52,662 bases of DNA from Candidatus Elulimicrobiales bacterium (GCA_034927475.1 JAYFPW010000004.1:1-52662); one strand, 5' to 3'; positions 27,881 through 38,086 are shown, counted from the stretch's first letter. Numbers and translations: made by a program. Notes: generated by a model not told the origin, from the letters alone.

Positions 27881-28909
27881 ATGGAAACAGACAATTTCTC
27901 TTTAAAAGAAAATGAACACCGTATAGATAATGTTTATACGGTAAAGATTAATCCTCTTTTTATCTCGGTTTTAAGGCAGTCCAGAACTTCTATGTCTATA
28001 ACTGGAATTGAAGAACTTGTGGCCTCTGTAAGAGATAAAGGACAAAAAACACCTGGTGATATTTACGCTTTTCCGAAAAGTGAAGCTGTAAATTATGTAA
28101 AGGAGATGAATAATCTCTGGAACACTAATTATAAGTTAGATGATTTTATTCCTTTTTATATAAAAGAGAAAAAAGATTATTTTTATTTATTTTTAGTAGC
28201 TGGACATAGAAGGTTAAGAGCTGCTTATGAGCTCAAAACTTTTTATGTAGTGAATATTCATTTCGAAAAAAGTTTTGAAGAGGCTATAGAGTGGCAACTG
28301 GCAGAAAATGTGCAAAGAGAAGAATTAAGTCTTTTAGATTTAATCACTTCCGCGACACATTACTGGGTTAAACTTAAAAAGAAAAACCCTAAACTTACTC
28401 TCGCTTCTTTTGCCAAGAAACACATTCATAAAAGTGTTAGCTGGCTCTCGAGCGCGCTTCGTTTTTCACGTTTACCGATTCCAGCTCAAGATCTTATCAG
28501 AAAAACAGATTCTCAGAAAGGGGTTAAGTATAATATTATGCTTGAATTTGCAAAACTTTATGATTTTTCTCTTCTAAAAGAAAAGCCTCTAAGTGCGGAA
28601 ATTTTAATTGCCTATATTAATCACGTTGTTTCTCATAAATACAATTTACAAAAAGTAAAAGAATTTTGTGAGATACGAAAAAGTGAAATACTTGGTCAGC
28701 AAGATTTGTTTCAATTAAAAATTGAAGAGGTAAATAAAAATAGTTTAACAGCTATTAGAAGAAATAAGACAAGTCACATGTCTGAAGCTGAAAGCTATTT
28801 GAAAAGCTCTGAAGTGATAGCTCGTCAGATCACAGAAAATTGTAGAACAAAAGCGGAAAATGTTTTAGAATTAGGATTTGAGTTAGAGGAAATCTTAACA
28901 AGCGAATAA
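27881..28909 (+). CDS. ParB N-terminal domain plus HTH protein
   Basis: QSR..IEELVASVRDKGQ..P, LVAGHRRLRAA, LAENVQREELS, KSVSWLSSALR. Confidence 0.8.
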   Translation: METDNFSLKENEHRIDNVYTVKINPLFISVLRQSRTSMSITGIEELVASVRDKGQKTPGDIYAFPKSEAVNYVKEMNNLWNTNYKLDDFIPFYIKEKKDYFYLFLVAGHRRLRAAYELKTFYVVNIHFEKSFEEAIEWQLAENVQREELSLLDLITSATHYWVKLKKKNPKLTLASFAKKHIHKSVSWLSSALRFSRLPIPAQDLIRKTDSQKGVKYNIMLEFAKLYDFSLLKEKPLSAEILIAYINHVVSHKYNLQKVKEFCEIRKSEILGQQDLFQLKIEEVNKNSLTAIRRNKTSHMSEAESYLKSSEVIARQITENCRTKAENVLELGFELEEILTSE

Positions 28910-28969
28910 TAATATATTCGCTTGTTTTTGTTTTCTTCATATATTTGTTAAAATAAAAGCTATAAAATT

Positions 28970-30733
28970 ATGACTTTGCTAGAAAATATTAAAAAAGAAT
29001 TAGAGAAAACCATTATTAGTTTAGTTCTTATAAAAGAAGGCGATCTTTTAAATTTCGACGTTTCTTTTATCGAGGAAGTTAATTCTAAATTTGGAGATGT
29101 TTCCACAAATTTAGCAATGATTCTTTCTAAAGAATCCGGAGAAGACACGAAAAATATCGCTTCCAAAATTAAAGAAAATCTAGAAAAGAATGAAGACTTT
29201 TTAAAAATTGTGAAAGAAATAGAAATCGCTCAAAATGGTTTTATTAATTTCTTTTTAAAAGAAGAGTTTTTAGTAGAAGAGATAGCTAGAGTCGCAAGCT
29301 TAGATTTTATTAATACAAAATTTACGGATAAAAAAGTTTTAGTGGAACATTCTTCTCCGAATCTTTTTAAACCTTTTCATGTCGGACACTTGATGAACAA
29401 TATTATAGGAGACAGTTTGGTAAAAATGATGAAAGCTAGCAAAGCCGATTTGAGAGTTATGTCTTTTCCGTCAGATATTTCTATTGGCATTGCCAAAGCA
29501 ATTTTTATTTTAAAAAATAAAGAAGGCTGGTCATTTTTTAATGAAGATATTATCAAGACCTTAGGAGAAGCTTATGCTGAAGGAGTTAGATTTTACGAAG
29601 AAAATATTCCAAGAAGAGAAGAGATAAAAAAGATTGCTAGAAATCTTTTTGAAAGAAACGAAGAGACGGAAGACTACCGTATTTACTCCAAAGCTAGAGA
29701 AGTAAATATTGAATATTTTGAAAGAATTGTAGGAATACTAGGAACTAAGTTTGATAACTTAATTTATGAATCAGAAGCTGGACTAAGAGGGGAGGAAATA
29801 GTTAAGTCTCATGTTAACAAAGAAGCCGGAAAAGAAATTTTTGAAATTGGAGAAGAGGGAGCTATAGTTTTTGATACCAAAAGAAGGAAAAATAAAGAAA
29901 CTGAGGAAACAATTAAAAGTGTCTTTATTAACAGTGAAGGCTACCCAACCTATGAAGCCAAAGATCTCGGCCTTTTGGATTTAAAGTATAGATATTTTCC
30001 ATTTGATTATAATTTCTTTGTAACCGACAATGAACAAGTTCCTCATTTTGAAACAGTTCTCGAGGCAGCTAAAGAATTAAGTGGAGATTGGGAGAAAATT
30101 GTAGAAAGAAGCAAACATGTTCCCCATGGAAGATTAAATTTAAAAGGTGAAAGAATGTCTAGCCGTCTAGGGAATGTTCCAACAGTCGAAGAAGTTTTAG
30201 AAACTGTAAATAAAAAAGCTAAAGAAAGAATATCTGAAAAAACTAGTGATATATCTGAAAAGGAAAAAGAATCTTTAATAAAAAACATTTCTCTTTCCGC
30301 TCTTAAAATTGCTATTTTAAAATCTCGCCCAGGATTAAATATCGATTTTGATTTTGAAACTTCATTTAGTTTTGATGGAGCGACAGGTCCATATTTGCTT
30401 TACACCTATGCTAGAGCAAATTCTCTTTTAGAAAAAGTAGAGAATGTTGAAGAGTCTAAAATTGTTATTTCTGAAAATAATTTTCCTCTTGTGAAAAAAA
30501 TTATTCAGTTTGAAGCAGTTTCTAAAAAGGGAATTGAAGAATTAGCACCGCAATCTATAGTTAAATATCTCTTTGAACTCTCACAAGCTTTCAACACTTT
30601 TTATGCGAAAGAAAAAATTATTACTGAGGATAAAGAAACGACTGATTCTAATATTTCACTAGTCAAAGATTTTGTGAAAGTCTTTAAATTCGCTTTAAAT
30701 ATGATAGGAATAGAGGAGGTTTCTAGGATGTAG
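28970..30733 (+). CDS. argS: Arginine--tRNA ligase
   Basis: FGDVSTN, GFINF, SSPN..KPFHVGH, MSSR.GN, GPYLLYTYARANS. Confidence 0.96.
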   Translation: MTLLENIKKELEKTIISLVLIKEGDLLNFDVSFIEEVNSKFGDVSTNLAMILSKESGEDTKNIASKIKENLEKNEDFLKIVKEIEIAQNGFINFFLKEEFLVEEIARVASLDFINTKFTDKKVLVEHSSPNLFKPFHVGHLMNNIIGDSLVKMMKASKADLRVMSFPSDISIGIAKAIFILKNKEGWSFFNEDIIKTLGEAYAEGVRFYEENIPRREEIKKIARNLFERNEETEDYRIYSKAREVNIEYFERIVGILGTKFDNLIYESEAGLRGEEIVKSHVNKEAGKEIFEIGEEGAIVFDTKRRKNKETEETIKSVFINSEGYPTYEAKDLGLLDLKYRYFPFDYNFFVTDNEQVPHFETVLEAAKELSGDWEKIVERSKHVPHGRLNLKGERMSSRLGNVPTVEEVLETVNKKAKERISEKTSDISEKEKESLIKNISLSALKIAILKSRPGLNIDFDFETSFSFDGATGPYLLYTYARANSLLEKVENVEESKIVISENNFPLVKKIIQFEAVSKKGIEELAPQSIVKYLFELSQAFNTFYAKEKIITEDKETTDSNISLVKDFVKVFKFALNMIGIEEVSRM

Positions 30734-30811
30734 AATGACTTGACAAAAGTATATAGATTTGGTAGTCTGAGAGCAGTTAAAATTAATATTAATCTTTTAA
30801 ATATTTTGAAG

Positions 30812-31087
30812 ATGAAACTAGTTCTTTATTTTATTTCTCAAAAACAAAAAAGTCCTCACATTTTAACCATTCTTGGTTGGGACGATTATAATGATCCGCA
30901 GTTTTTTGAATTCAATCAAGATTATGAGAATGTTCATTTGCATGAGTTAAAAGACTCTCCCTCTAAAATTTCAAAGTTGTTTTTAACAACAAGCTACACC
31001 GAAGCTTTAAATTTAAAACAAAAGCTTGAAGCTGATGGTTTTGGTGGCAGTAAAAAACTCATTATCAAGAAAATCGTTGACGATTAA
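30812..31087 (+). CDS. Hypothetical protein
   Basis: ORF with ttgaca promoter and terminator; ATG at 30812 preferred. Confidence 0.55.
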   Translation: MKLVLYFISQKQKSPHILTILGWDDYNDPQFFEFNQDYENVHLHELKDSPSKISKLFLTTSYTEALNLKQKLEADGFGGSKKLIIKKIVDD

Positions 31088-31164
31088 TGGTGAAAGACTT
31101 TTTTAAAAAGACTTCTCGCAAGAGGAGTTTTTTATTTTGTCTAAATATGTTAATATTATGAAAA

Positions 31165-31335
31165 AGTGATGAAGGGGCTAATCACTCCGGAGCTTGAGGA
31201 AGAAATATATAAAATATAAAGTAGAACCTCATTAATTAAGCTATAAATCAAGGTGGTACCGCGCTTGGTACGCCAAAGCGAAAGCGGCGGCGACAATCAA
31301 TCGCCCTTGGCAGAAGTCTTGGGCGATTTTATTTT
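31165..31335 (+). promoter_or_regulatory. T-box riboswitch (Ile, AUC specifier) with intrinsic terminator
   Basis: AAGGTGGTACCGCG T-box at 31250-63; antiterminator CAAGG/CCTTG plus GCG/CGC; terminator aatcgccc..gggcgatt-U tract; ATC at 31181. Confidence 0.9.
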
Positions 31336-31350
31336 ATTACAAGTTTAATT

Positions 31351-31413
31351 AAAAATTTTATTTCTTTCAAATTAGGCCCCGCTTCGCGAAAGATTTTCAA
31401 GAAATAAAATTTT
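31351..31413 (+). promoter_or_regulatory. Structured leader element, copy 1 (shared with ndk leader)
   Basis: aattttatttctt-tc-aaatt-aggccccgc-ttc-gcgaaa-gattt-tc-aagaaataaaatt. Confidence 0.6.
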
Positions 31414-31441
31414 CATCAATCAAATTATTAATTATAAAAAT

Positions 31442-34400
31442 ATGGAAAATAAAAATAAGAATATAAACGAAAAAGAATTGGAGGTTTTAAAATTTTGGAA
31501 TGAAAACAAAATTTTTGAAAAATCTCTTTTAAATACAAAAAGAGAAAAAGGGGATAATAATTTTACTTTTTACGACGGCCCTCCATTTGCTACTGGGACA
31601 CCACATCATGGGCATCTTTTGGCTGGGACAATTAAAGACGTTATCCCTAGATTCCAAACCATGAATGGAAAATATGTTCGTAGAATGTGGGGCTGGGATT
31701 GTCACGGGCTTCCAATTGAAAATTTGATTGAAAAGAAATTTAATTTAAACTCCAAAAAAGATATTGAAGATTTTGGTATCGGTAAATTTAATAAAGCTGC
31801 CGAAGAAAGCGTTTTGACTTATGAAAAAGAATGGAAAGAGACTGTGCCAAGATTTGGACGCTGGGTAGATATGGATAATCCATATAAGACAATGGACTAC
31901 ACTTATACAGAATCTGTTTGGTGGGCCTTCAATGAATTGAATAAAAAAGGATTAGTTTTTGAAGGTCATAAAAGTATGCACATTTGTCCAAGATGTGAGA
32001 CAACACTTGCTCAATCTGAAGTCGCTCTTGGCTACAAAGATTTAACAGATATTTCTGTCACAGCAAAATTTGAATTATTGGATGAACCAAATACTTTTAT
32101 TCTTGCTTGGACTACCACTCCTTGGACTTTGCCAGGGAATGTAGCTTTGGCTATAAATTCTGAAGTCGAATATATAAAAGTAAGAATGGAAAATGGTGAG
32201 AATTTAATTTTAGCTAAAGAAAGACTGGCTGATGTTTTGAAAGAAAATAAATATGAAATAGTCGAAGAATTTTTAGGAAAAGAATTAGTTGGTAAAAAAT
32301 ATAAACCAGTTTTTGATTTTTATCTAAACACAAATCTAGAAAATAAAGAAAACCTTTATACTATTGTCGATGCTCTTTTTGTAACTCTCGATACTGGTAC
32401 AGGGATTGTACATATCGCTCCAGCTTTTGGAGAAGATGACTTAGTTTTAGGAAAAGAAAAATCTTTACCGATAATTAAACACGTTGAACCAGACGGAACT
32501 TTTTCTAAAGAGCTTGGAGAATTTGCGGGTATAAAAGTTAAAACTGCAACCGATAATCAATCTGCCGATATTGCAATATTAAAAAATTTAGCTGAAAGAA
32601 ATTTAATTTTTTCAAAAGAAAAATTGGTTCACTCCTATCCTACTTGTTGGCGTTGCGATACTCCGCTTTTAAACTATGCTACAAGTTCTTGGTTTATTGA
32701 TGTGCCTAAAATTAAAGAAAATTTAATAGAAGCTAATTCAAAAATAAATTGGTTGCCAGAAAATATTCGTGATGGAAGATTTGGAAAATGGCTTGAAGGA
32801 GCGAGAGAGTGGGCTGTCTCCAGAAGTAGATATTGGGGAGCACCTCTTCCGATTTGGAAAGAAATAGATGGTGAAGAAGTGAAAATAATTGGTTCTCTAA
32901 AAGAATTAGCTGAAAATAATTTAGCTAAACCAAAAAATGAATACTATTTTATGCGTCATGGCGAGGCTAAACATAATGTAAATGGAGTAGAAGAGTCTCT
33001 AAGAGATCCCGAAAATACTTTAACTGAAAATGGGATTCTTCAAGTCGAAGAGTCAAAGAAAAATAACGATGTAGAATTTGACGTTATCATTTCTTCTCCA
33101 TATTTAAGAACTAGAATGACAGCTGAAATAATGGCTGGAGATAAAAAAGATGAAATTATAATTGATGAGAATTTTAGAGAAATAGAGCTTGGCTCATATG
33201 GTAATGCGAGAAAAGAAATCATTAGAGCAAAATATGGAGAAGGATTTTTGAAGATGAAGACGAAGCTCAACGGAGATGATGAAAGTTACGGAGAAGTTAT
33301 GCAAAGAGTTATGAGAGGTTTGGCAAAATTAGAAAAAGAATATGAAGGTAAAAAAATCTTGATAGTTTCTCATGGAGCGCCGATCCGTATGGCCATAGCA
33401 GTCGGACAACTTTTAACAGAAGAAGAGATTGTTTATGATGATAAAAATGGTTCAGAAATCTATCCAAATACTGCAGAAATAAAAAAGCTGGAGTGGAAAA
33501 TAGTTCCAAGAGATGAAACTGGAGAAATTAATCTTCATCGTCCATATATAGACGAAGTAGTTTTAAAAAGTTCAAACGGAAAAGAAATGAAAAGAGTTGA
33601 ATATGTTTTTGATTGTTGGTTTGAATCTGGTTCAATGCCTTTTGGGCAATTCCACTATCCTTTTGAAAATAGAGAATTATTTGAAAGAAGTTTTCCTGCA
33701 GATTTTATCGCTGAAGGACTCGATCAGACTAGAGGCTGGTTTTATTCTCTTTTAAATTTATCAATTGGTATTTTTGGAAAAGCTTCCTATAAAAATGTAA
33801 TTGTTAATGGACTTCTTCTCGCTGCCGATGGAGAGAAAATGAGTAAGAGTAAAAATAATTATACCGATCCAAATATTCTAGTTGAAAAATATGGAGCTGA
33901 TGCTTTTAGATATTCTCTACTTTCCTCTCCTGTTATCTGCGCAGAAAATACACCGTTTCTTGATTCTGGTGTCGAAGAAAATTATAAGAAAATAGTTGCT
34001 AAACTAGAAAATGTTTTAAGTTTTTACGAGATGACAAAAGATGAAAACTTGACTACAACTTTTTCCGAAAATTTAGACGAAGAAAAAATTAAAAAGAATA
34101 TAAAAGAAAGTTCACTCGATAGTTGGATATTTGCAAGGTTCAATTCTGTTTTAGAAAATACAACTAAAAACGTAAATGAATATAGACTCGATTTAGCTGC
34201 GCGACCATTTGAAAAGTTTATCGATGATTTATCAACTTGGTGGCTAAGACGATCTAGAGAAAGATTGAAAGGGGAAGGCGAGGAAAAAGAAGTCTCTATG
34301 TTTACCCTTTGGAAAATTCTAACTGAGTTTTCAAAAGTGATAGCTCCTTTTATGCCATTCTTAGCGGAGAGAGTTTATCAGTCTCTAAGTTTAGAAAATG

Positions 34401-34900
34401 AAAAACAAAAAGAATCTGTTCATTTAGAAACTTGGCCAGAAGTCTTTATTGACATAGATAGTGAAGTTTTAGGTGAAATGGAAGAAGTGAGAGAGCTTGT
34501 CACAGAGCTTCTAATGATCAGACAAAAAAATAATATTCCTGTAAGACAACCTCTAGCCACAGCCTATATCAATAAAGATATAAAAGAGAAATATATTAAT
34601 ATCATAGCTGAAGAACTAAACGTAAAGAAAATAGAAAAAGGTGACGAAAACAGTTTAGACTTAGTTTTAACAGAAGAGTTGAAAAAAGAAGGGGAGTATA
34701 GAGAGTTTTCAAGAAAAGTTAAAGATTTAAGAAAAGAAAATAATTTAACACCAAATGATATCGCAATTCTTTTTGTTAAAGCTAATAAAGAAAGAATAGA
34801 GCTTATTAAATCTTTTGAAGAAGAAATAAAGAAAGAGTGTAAGCTTTCAGAAATTAAATTTGAAGAAGGAGGGGAAGAGGAAATAAGTTTGAAAAAGTAG
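31442..34900 (+). CDS. ileS: Isoleucine--tRNA ligase (IleRS2 type) with inserted histidine-phosphatase domain
   Basis: DGPPFATGTPHHGH, GWDCHGLP, WTTTPWTLP, DCWFESGSMP, EGLDQTRGWF, KMSKS; internal RHGE..SHG domain. Confidence 0.96.
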   Translation: MENKNKNINEKELEVLKFWNENKIFEKSLLNTKREKGDNNFTFYDGPPFATGTPHHGHLLAGTIKDVIPRFQTMNGKYVRRMWGWDCHGLPIENLIEKKFNLNSKKDIEDFGIGKFNKAAEESVLTYEKEWKETVPRFGRWVDMDNPYKTMDYTYTESVWWAFNELNKKGLVFEGHKSMHICPRCETTLAQSEVALGYKDLTDISVTAKFELLDEPNTFILAWTTTPWTLPGNVALAINSEVEYIKVRMENGENLILAKERLADVLKENKYEIVEEFLGKELVGKKYKPVFDFYLNTNLENKENLYTIVDALFVTLDTGTGIVHIAPAFGEDDLVLGKEKSLPIIKHVEPDGTFSKELGEFAGIKVKTATDNQSADIAILKNLAERNLIFSKEKLVHSYPTCWRCDTPLLNYATSSWFIDVPKIKENLIEANSKINWLPENIRDGRFGKWLEGAREWAVSRSRYWGAPLPIWKEIDGEEVKIIGSLKELAENNLAKPKNEYYFMRHGEAKHNVNGVEESLRDPENTLTENGILQVEESKKNNDVEFDVIISSPYLRTRMTAEIMAGDKKDEIIIDENFREIELGSYGNARKEIIRAKYGEGFLKMKTKLNGDDESYGEVMQRVMRGLAKLEKEYEGKKILIVSHGAPIRMAIAVGQLLTEEEIVYDDKNGSEIYPNTAEIKKLEWKIVPRDETGEINLHRPYIDEVVLKSSNGKEMKRVEYVFDCWFESGSMPFGQFHYPFENRELFERSFPADFIAEGLDQTRGWFYSLLNLSIGIFGKASYKNVIVNGLLLAADGEKMSKSKNNYTDPNILVEKYGADAFRYSLLSSPVICAENTPFLDSGVEENYKKIVAKLENVLSFYEMTKDENLTTTFSENLDEEKIKKNIKESSLDSWIFARFNSVLENTTKNVNEYRLDLAARPFEKFIDDLSTWWLRRSRERLKGEGEEKEVSMFTLWKILTEFSKVIAPFMPFLAERVYQSLSLENEKQKESVHLETWPEVFIDIDSEVLGEMEEVRELVTELLMIRQKNNIPVRQPLATAYINKDIKEKYINIIAEELNVKKIEKGDENSLDLVLTEELKKEGEYREFSRKVKDLRKENNLTPNDIAILFVKANKERIELIKSFEEEIKKECKLSEIKFEEGGEEEISLKK

Positions 34901-34983
34901 TTACAAGATAAAGACTAAAAAACCTACACTTTTGGTGCGAGTTTTTCTTACAAAACTATTTCTTTTTATGATAGTATATTTTC

Positions 34984-35565
34984 ATGGCGATAGAAAAATA
35001 CACGACAGAAGCTTTTATTCTAAAGCAATACGAACAAGGGGAAAATGATTTAGTTTACAAAGTGTGGACTAAAGATTTTGGTGTCGTATTTGTTTTGGCT
35101 AGATCTATACGAAAAGTAAATGCAAAACTTCGTCCAATTACAAAAAAGAATGATTTTTTAGTAATGACTTTAGTCAAAGGGAAAGACGTTTGGAGATTAA
35201 CCGGAGTAGAAGAATCTAAAGACAGACTTTTAAACAATCAATATTCTTTTGAGATAAAAAAAATAATTTCTGAAGTTGTAGATAAATTTGTAGAAGAGAA
35301 AAAAACTTATAAAAAACTTTTTGAAAAATTAAAAAGTTTTATTTTAGAAGATGCTCTTAGTATTTTTGAAGTATCAAAACTCAAACTTTTGATTTACTAT
35401 TTAGTTTTAGTAGACACCGGATATGCTGATGCGAAAAAAATTGGTGCAAAAGATATAGAAGAATATAAATCTTTTAGTGTGCAAGATTTTTACACTTATT
35501 TAGTTTTAAATGAAAGAGAAGTTAAAGAGCATCTAGCTTTTGTACTAAAAAATAGCATGTTATAA
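34984..35565 (+). CDS. recO: RecO N-terminal domain protein
   Basis: TEAFILK..GENDL..VWTKDFG...ARSIRK..AKL. Confidence 0.75.
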   Translation: MAIEKYTTEAFILKQYEQGENDLVYKVWTKDFGVVFVLARSIRKVNAKLRPITKKNDFLVMTLVKGKDVWRLTGVEESKDRLLNNQYSFEIKKIISEVVDKFVEEKKTYKKLFEKLKSFILEDALSIFEVSKLKLLIYYLVLVDTGYADAKKIGAKDIEEYKSFSVQDFYTYLVLNEREVKEHLAFVLKNSML

Positions 35566-35575
35566 TAATTTTGAT

Positions 35576-36952
35576 ATGAAAATTACTAAAGAAGAAATTT
35601 CAGAAATTCCTGAAGCTTGGGATGATAGTGAATTGAAAGTCAAATTGTCTGAAACAAAACCTAGAAAGAAAATGGATTTTGTTACTAAATTTTTTTTAAT
35701 CTCACTTGGGGCTTTTATTTTAGCTATGGCTGTATTACTTTTTTCAATGTTAAATCAGTCTTCAAATTTTTCTGAAAAAAGAATAGTTGTTTCAGCTGTT
35801 GGTCCTGTAAGCATAACCAGTGGGGAAGATGGAAATATTTCTGTCACAATTGAAAACAATAATAAAATACCAATTAATGAAGCTTATATTATAGCGACTT
35901 ACGATTCAGGAGAAAATTCTTCTGGCGACAAAAATCTTATAAATAGAAGAGTAGACATAGGAGATGTTTTACCAAAATCTTCTGTAACTAAAAGTTTAGA
36001 TTTTAGAGTGTTTGGTGCCGAAGGTATAATTAAAGAGATTCGTCCGGTTTTATACTACAAAGTTCCAAAATCTAAAGCAGAATTTAATAAACAAATTAAT
36101 TTAGTAACAGTTGCTATCAAAACTTCTCCTGTAAGTATAAATGTCAAAAATTTAAGAGAGGTTCATCAAAATCATGATGTAACTTTCACTGTTACTGTTA
36201 GAAATAATACTTCAAACAGAATAAATGATTTAATTGTTTCCGCTAGAAATCCAAATGATTTTATTTACAGCTCTTCATCTTTACCTTTAAAAGACAATAC
36301 ACCTTCTTGGGATATCGGGACTTTGAATGGAAATTCTGAAAAAACTATGACTATGACTGGAAAGTTGATAGGGGAAATTGGTTCTACTCCAGCATTTACA
36401 TTTTTCACTGGAGTTTCTGATCCAGAAAAAAATAATACAGCTACAGATACACCAAACACTTTTGAAAATTACAATACACTAGACAATATATATTCAAAAG
36501 TAGAAAAGACTATTTTAGTTACGGGACAATATTTAGACTTCTTTATTTCTTCTGATAACTCTACTGAAAATTATACAATCGCACCAAATAATAGCCTTAT
36601 TCTAGAATTAGACTATAGAAATAATTTAGCTTACTCTATAGATAGGGCGTATTTTACAGCCTTAGTTTCTGGTTCAGGTTTTGATTTTGAAGACATACAA
36701 GCTGAAAATGCAATATTTTACGGAAATAATCAAAGTATAGTTTGGAGTGAAGATAGTAGTCCCGAATTTATAAGAATACCAGCTTTTGGTACAGGAAAAA
36801 TGTATTTAAATATTCGAGTTAATAATGAGGCGAAAGAAGGAGATGAGATTCGTTTAATTCTAAACGCTAAAGGAGAGAGAAATTACGAGCAAGATGTTTC
36901 AAATAGTCAAGATACGTCGTTCGAAAGGGTTTGGAGAGTTCGTAAGAACTAA
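35576..36952 (+). CDS. Membrane-anchored beta-rich (Ig-like) hypothetical protein
   Basis: One TM followed by Ig-like strands (VTFTVTVRNN, WDIGTL). Confidence 0.8.
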   Translation: MKITKEEISEIPEAWDDSELKVKLSETKPRKKMDFVTKFFLISLGAFILAMAVLLFSMLNQSSNFSEKRIVVSAVGPVSITSGEDGNISVTIENNNKIPINEAYIIATYDSGENSSGDKNLINRRVDIGDVLPKSSVTKSLDFRVFGAEGIIKEIRPVLYYKVPKSKAEFNKQINLVTVAIKTSPVSINVKNLREVHQNHDVTFTVTVRNNTSNRINDLIVSARNPNDFIYSSSSLPLKDNTPSWDIGTLNGNSEKTMTMTGKLIGEIGSTPAFTFFTGVSDPEKNNTATDTPNTFENYNTLDNIYSKVEKTILVTGQYLDFFISSDNSTENYTIAPNNSLILELDYRNNLAYSIDRAYFTALVSGSGFDFEDIQAENAIFYGNNQSIVWSEDSSPEFIRIPAFGTGKMYLNIRVNNEAKEGDEIRLILNAKGERNYEQDVSNSQDTSFERVWRVRKN

Positions 36953-37028
36953 TTTGGAGAGTTAAATTGGCATTTAGTTTTAAAGATTCATCGTGATATA
37001 ATCAGCTTGTTAAAATTTAAATAATCTT

Positions 37029-38078
37029 ATGCCAATAAATAAAATAGAAATAACAGACAAAACAATACTAAGAACCATTTTTTGGGTGTTACTTTTTGTG
37101 GCCTTGTTTTACTTTAGATCAATAGTGTTAGTTTTGTTTTTTTCAGTACTTTTAGCGTCTATTGTAAATAGATTTGCTTCAGTTTTAAAGAGAATAAAAA
37201 TTCCAAGAGTTGTTTCTATAGTCTTATTTTATCTATTTTCTTTAGGGTTAATTATATTTGTTGGCTATTCTTTCTTACCGGCTGGAGTTAAATATGCAGG
37301 CTCTATTCTTTCGAGTCTTCCGGATCTTCTAAACTCTTTTAAAGCTTATAGTCCAGTACCATCTACTTGGTATGGAGATTTCTTATCTTATTTAAGCAAC
37401 TCTGTTCAAGCTATCGATGTAAATGAGTTGTCTTCTCAAATTAAAGATTGGATTTTTAATACCTCTGTTGCAAATTCATCTTCTTTTATTATTACTCTTG
37501 TACATATTTTTATTACAGTAGTGGTTTCTTTTTATATTTCTCTTTCTGAAGAAGGAGTTCAAAACTTTTTAAGACTTGTCACTCCTAAAAAATACGAAGA
37601 GTATATAATTACTCTCTTTGAAAGGGTAGACAAAAAAATGTCTAGCTGGTTCCTTGGTCAAATATTAGTTGCTTTCATTGTGGCTTTGACAATATATATA
37701 GTACTTCTCGCTTTCAAAATACCTTTTGCCTTACCAATAGCTTTCTTGGCTGGTGTATTTGAACTTCTACCATTACTCGGAACTATGCTTGCCGCTGTCC
37801 CAGCTTTATTCTTTGCTTGGAATATGGGAGGATTATCTTTGGCAATCTTAATTCTTATTGCTTTCTTTTTAATTTCTCAGCTTTCTTCTTATTTCTTCTA
37901 TCCAAAAATAGTTGGTAAATTTATCAATATGCCAACAGTGGTTATTATCATAGCCATCTTTGCTGGGGCGGAAATTGGTGGTTTTTGGGGAGCGTTAATT
38001 GCGATACCACTCACGACTATTATCATGGAAATCTTGTCGGATTTTAATGAATATAAAAAGCTAGATAAAAATATATAA
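37029..38078 (+). CDS. AI-2E family transporter
   Basis: WFLGQ, ELLPLLG, YPKIVG, GGFWGALIAIPL. Confidence 0.92.
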   Translation: MPINKIEITDKTILRTIFWVLLFVALFYFRSIVLVLFFSVLLASIVNRFASVLKRIKIPRVVSIVLFYLFSLGLIIFVGYSFLPAGVKYAGSILSSLPDLLNSFKAYSPVPSTWYGDFLSYLSNSVQAIDVNELSSQIKDWIFNTSVANSSSFIITLVHIFITVVVSFYISLSEEGVQNFLRLVTPKKYEEYIITLFERVDKKMSSWFLGQILVAFIVALTIYIVLLAFKIPFALPIAFLAGVFELLPLLGTMLAAVPALFFAWNMGGLSLAILILIAFFLISQLSSYFFYPKIVGKFINMPTVVIIIAIFAGAEIGGFWGALIAIPLTTIIMEILSDFNEYKKLDKNI

Positions 38079-38086
38079 TTTAAAAA

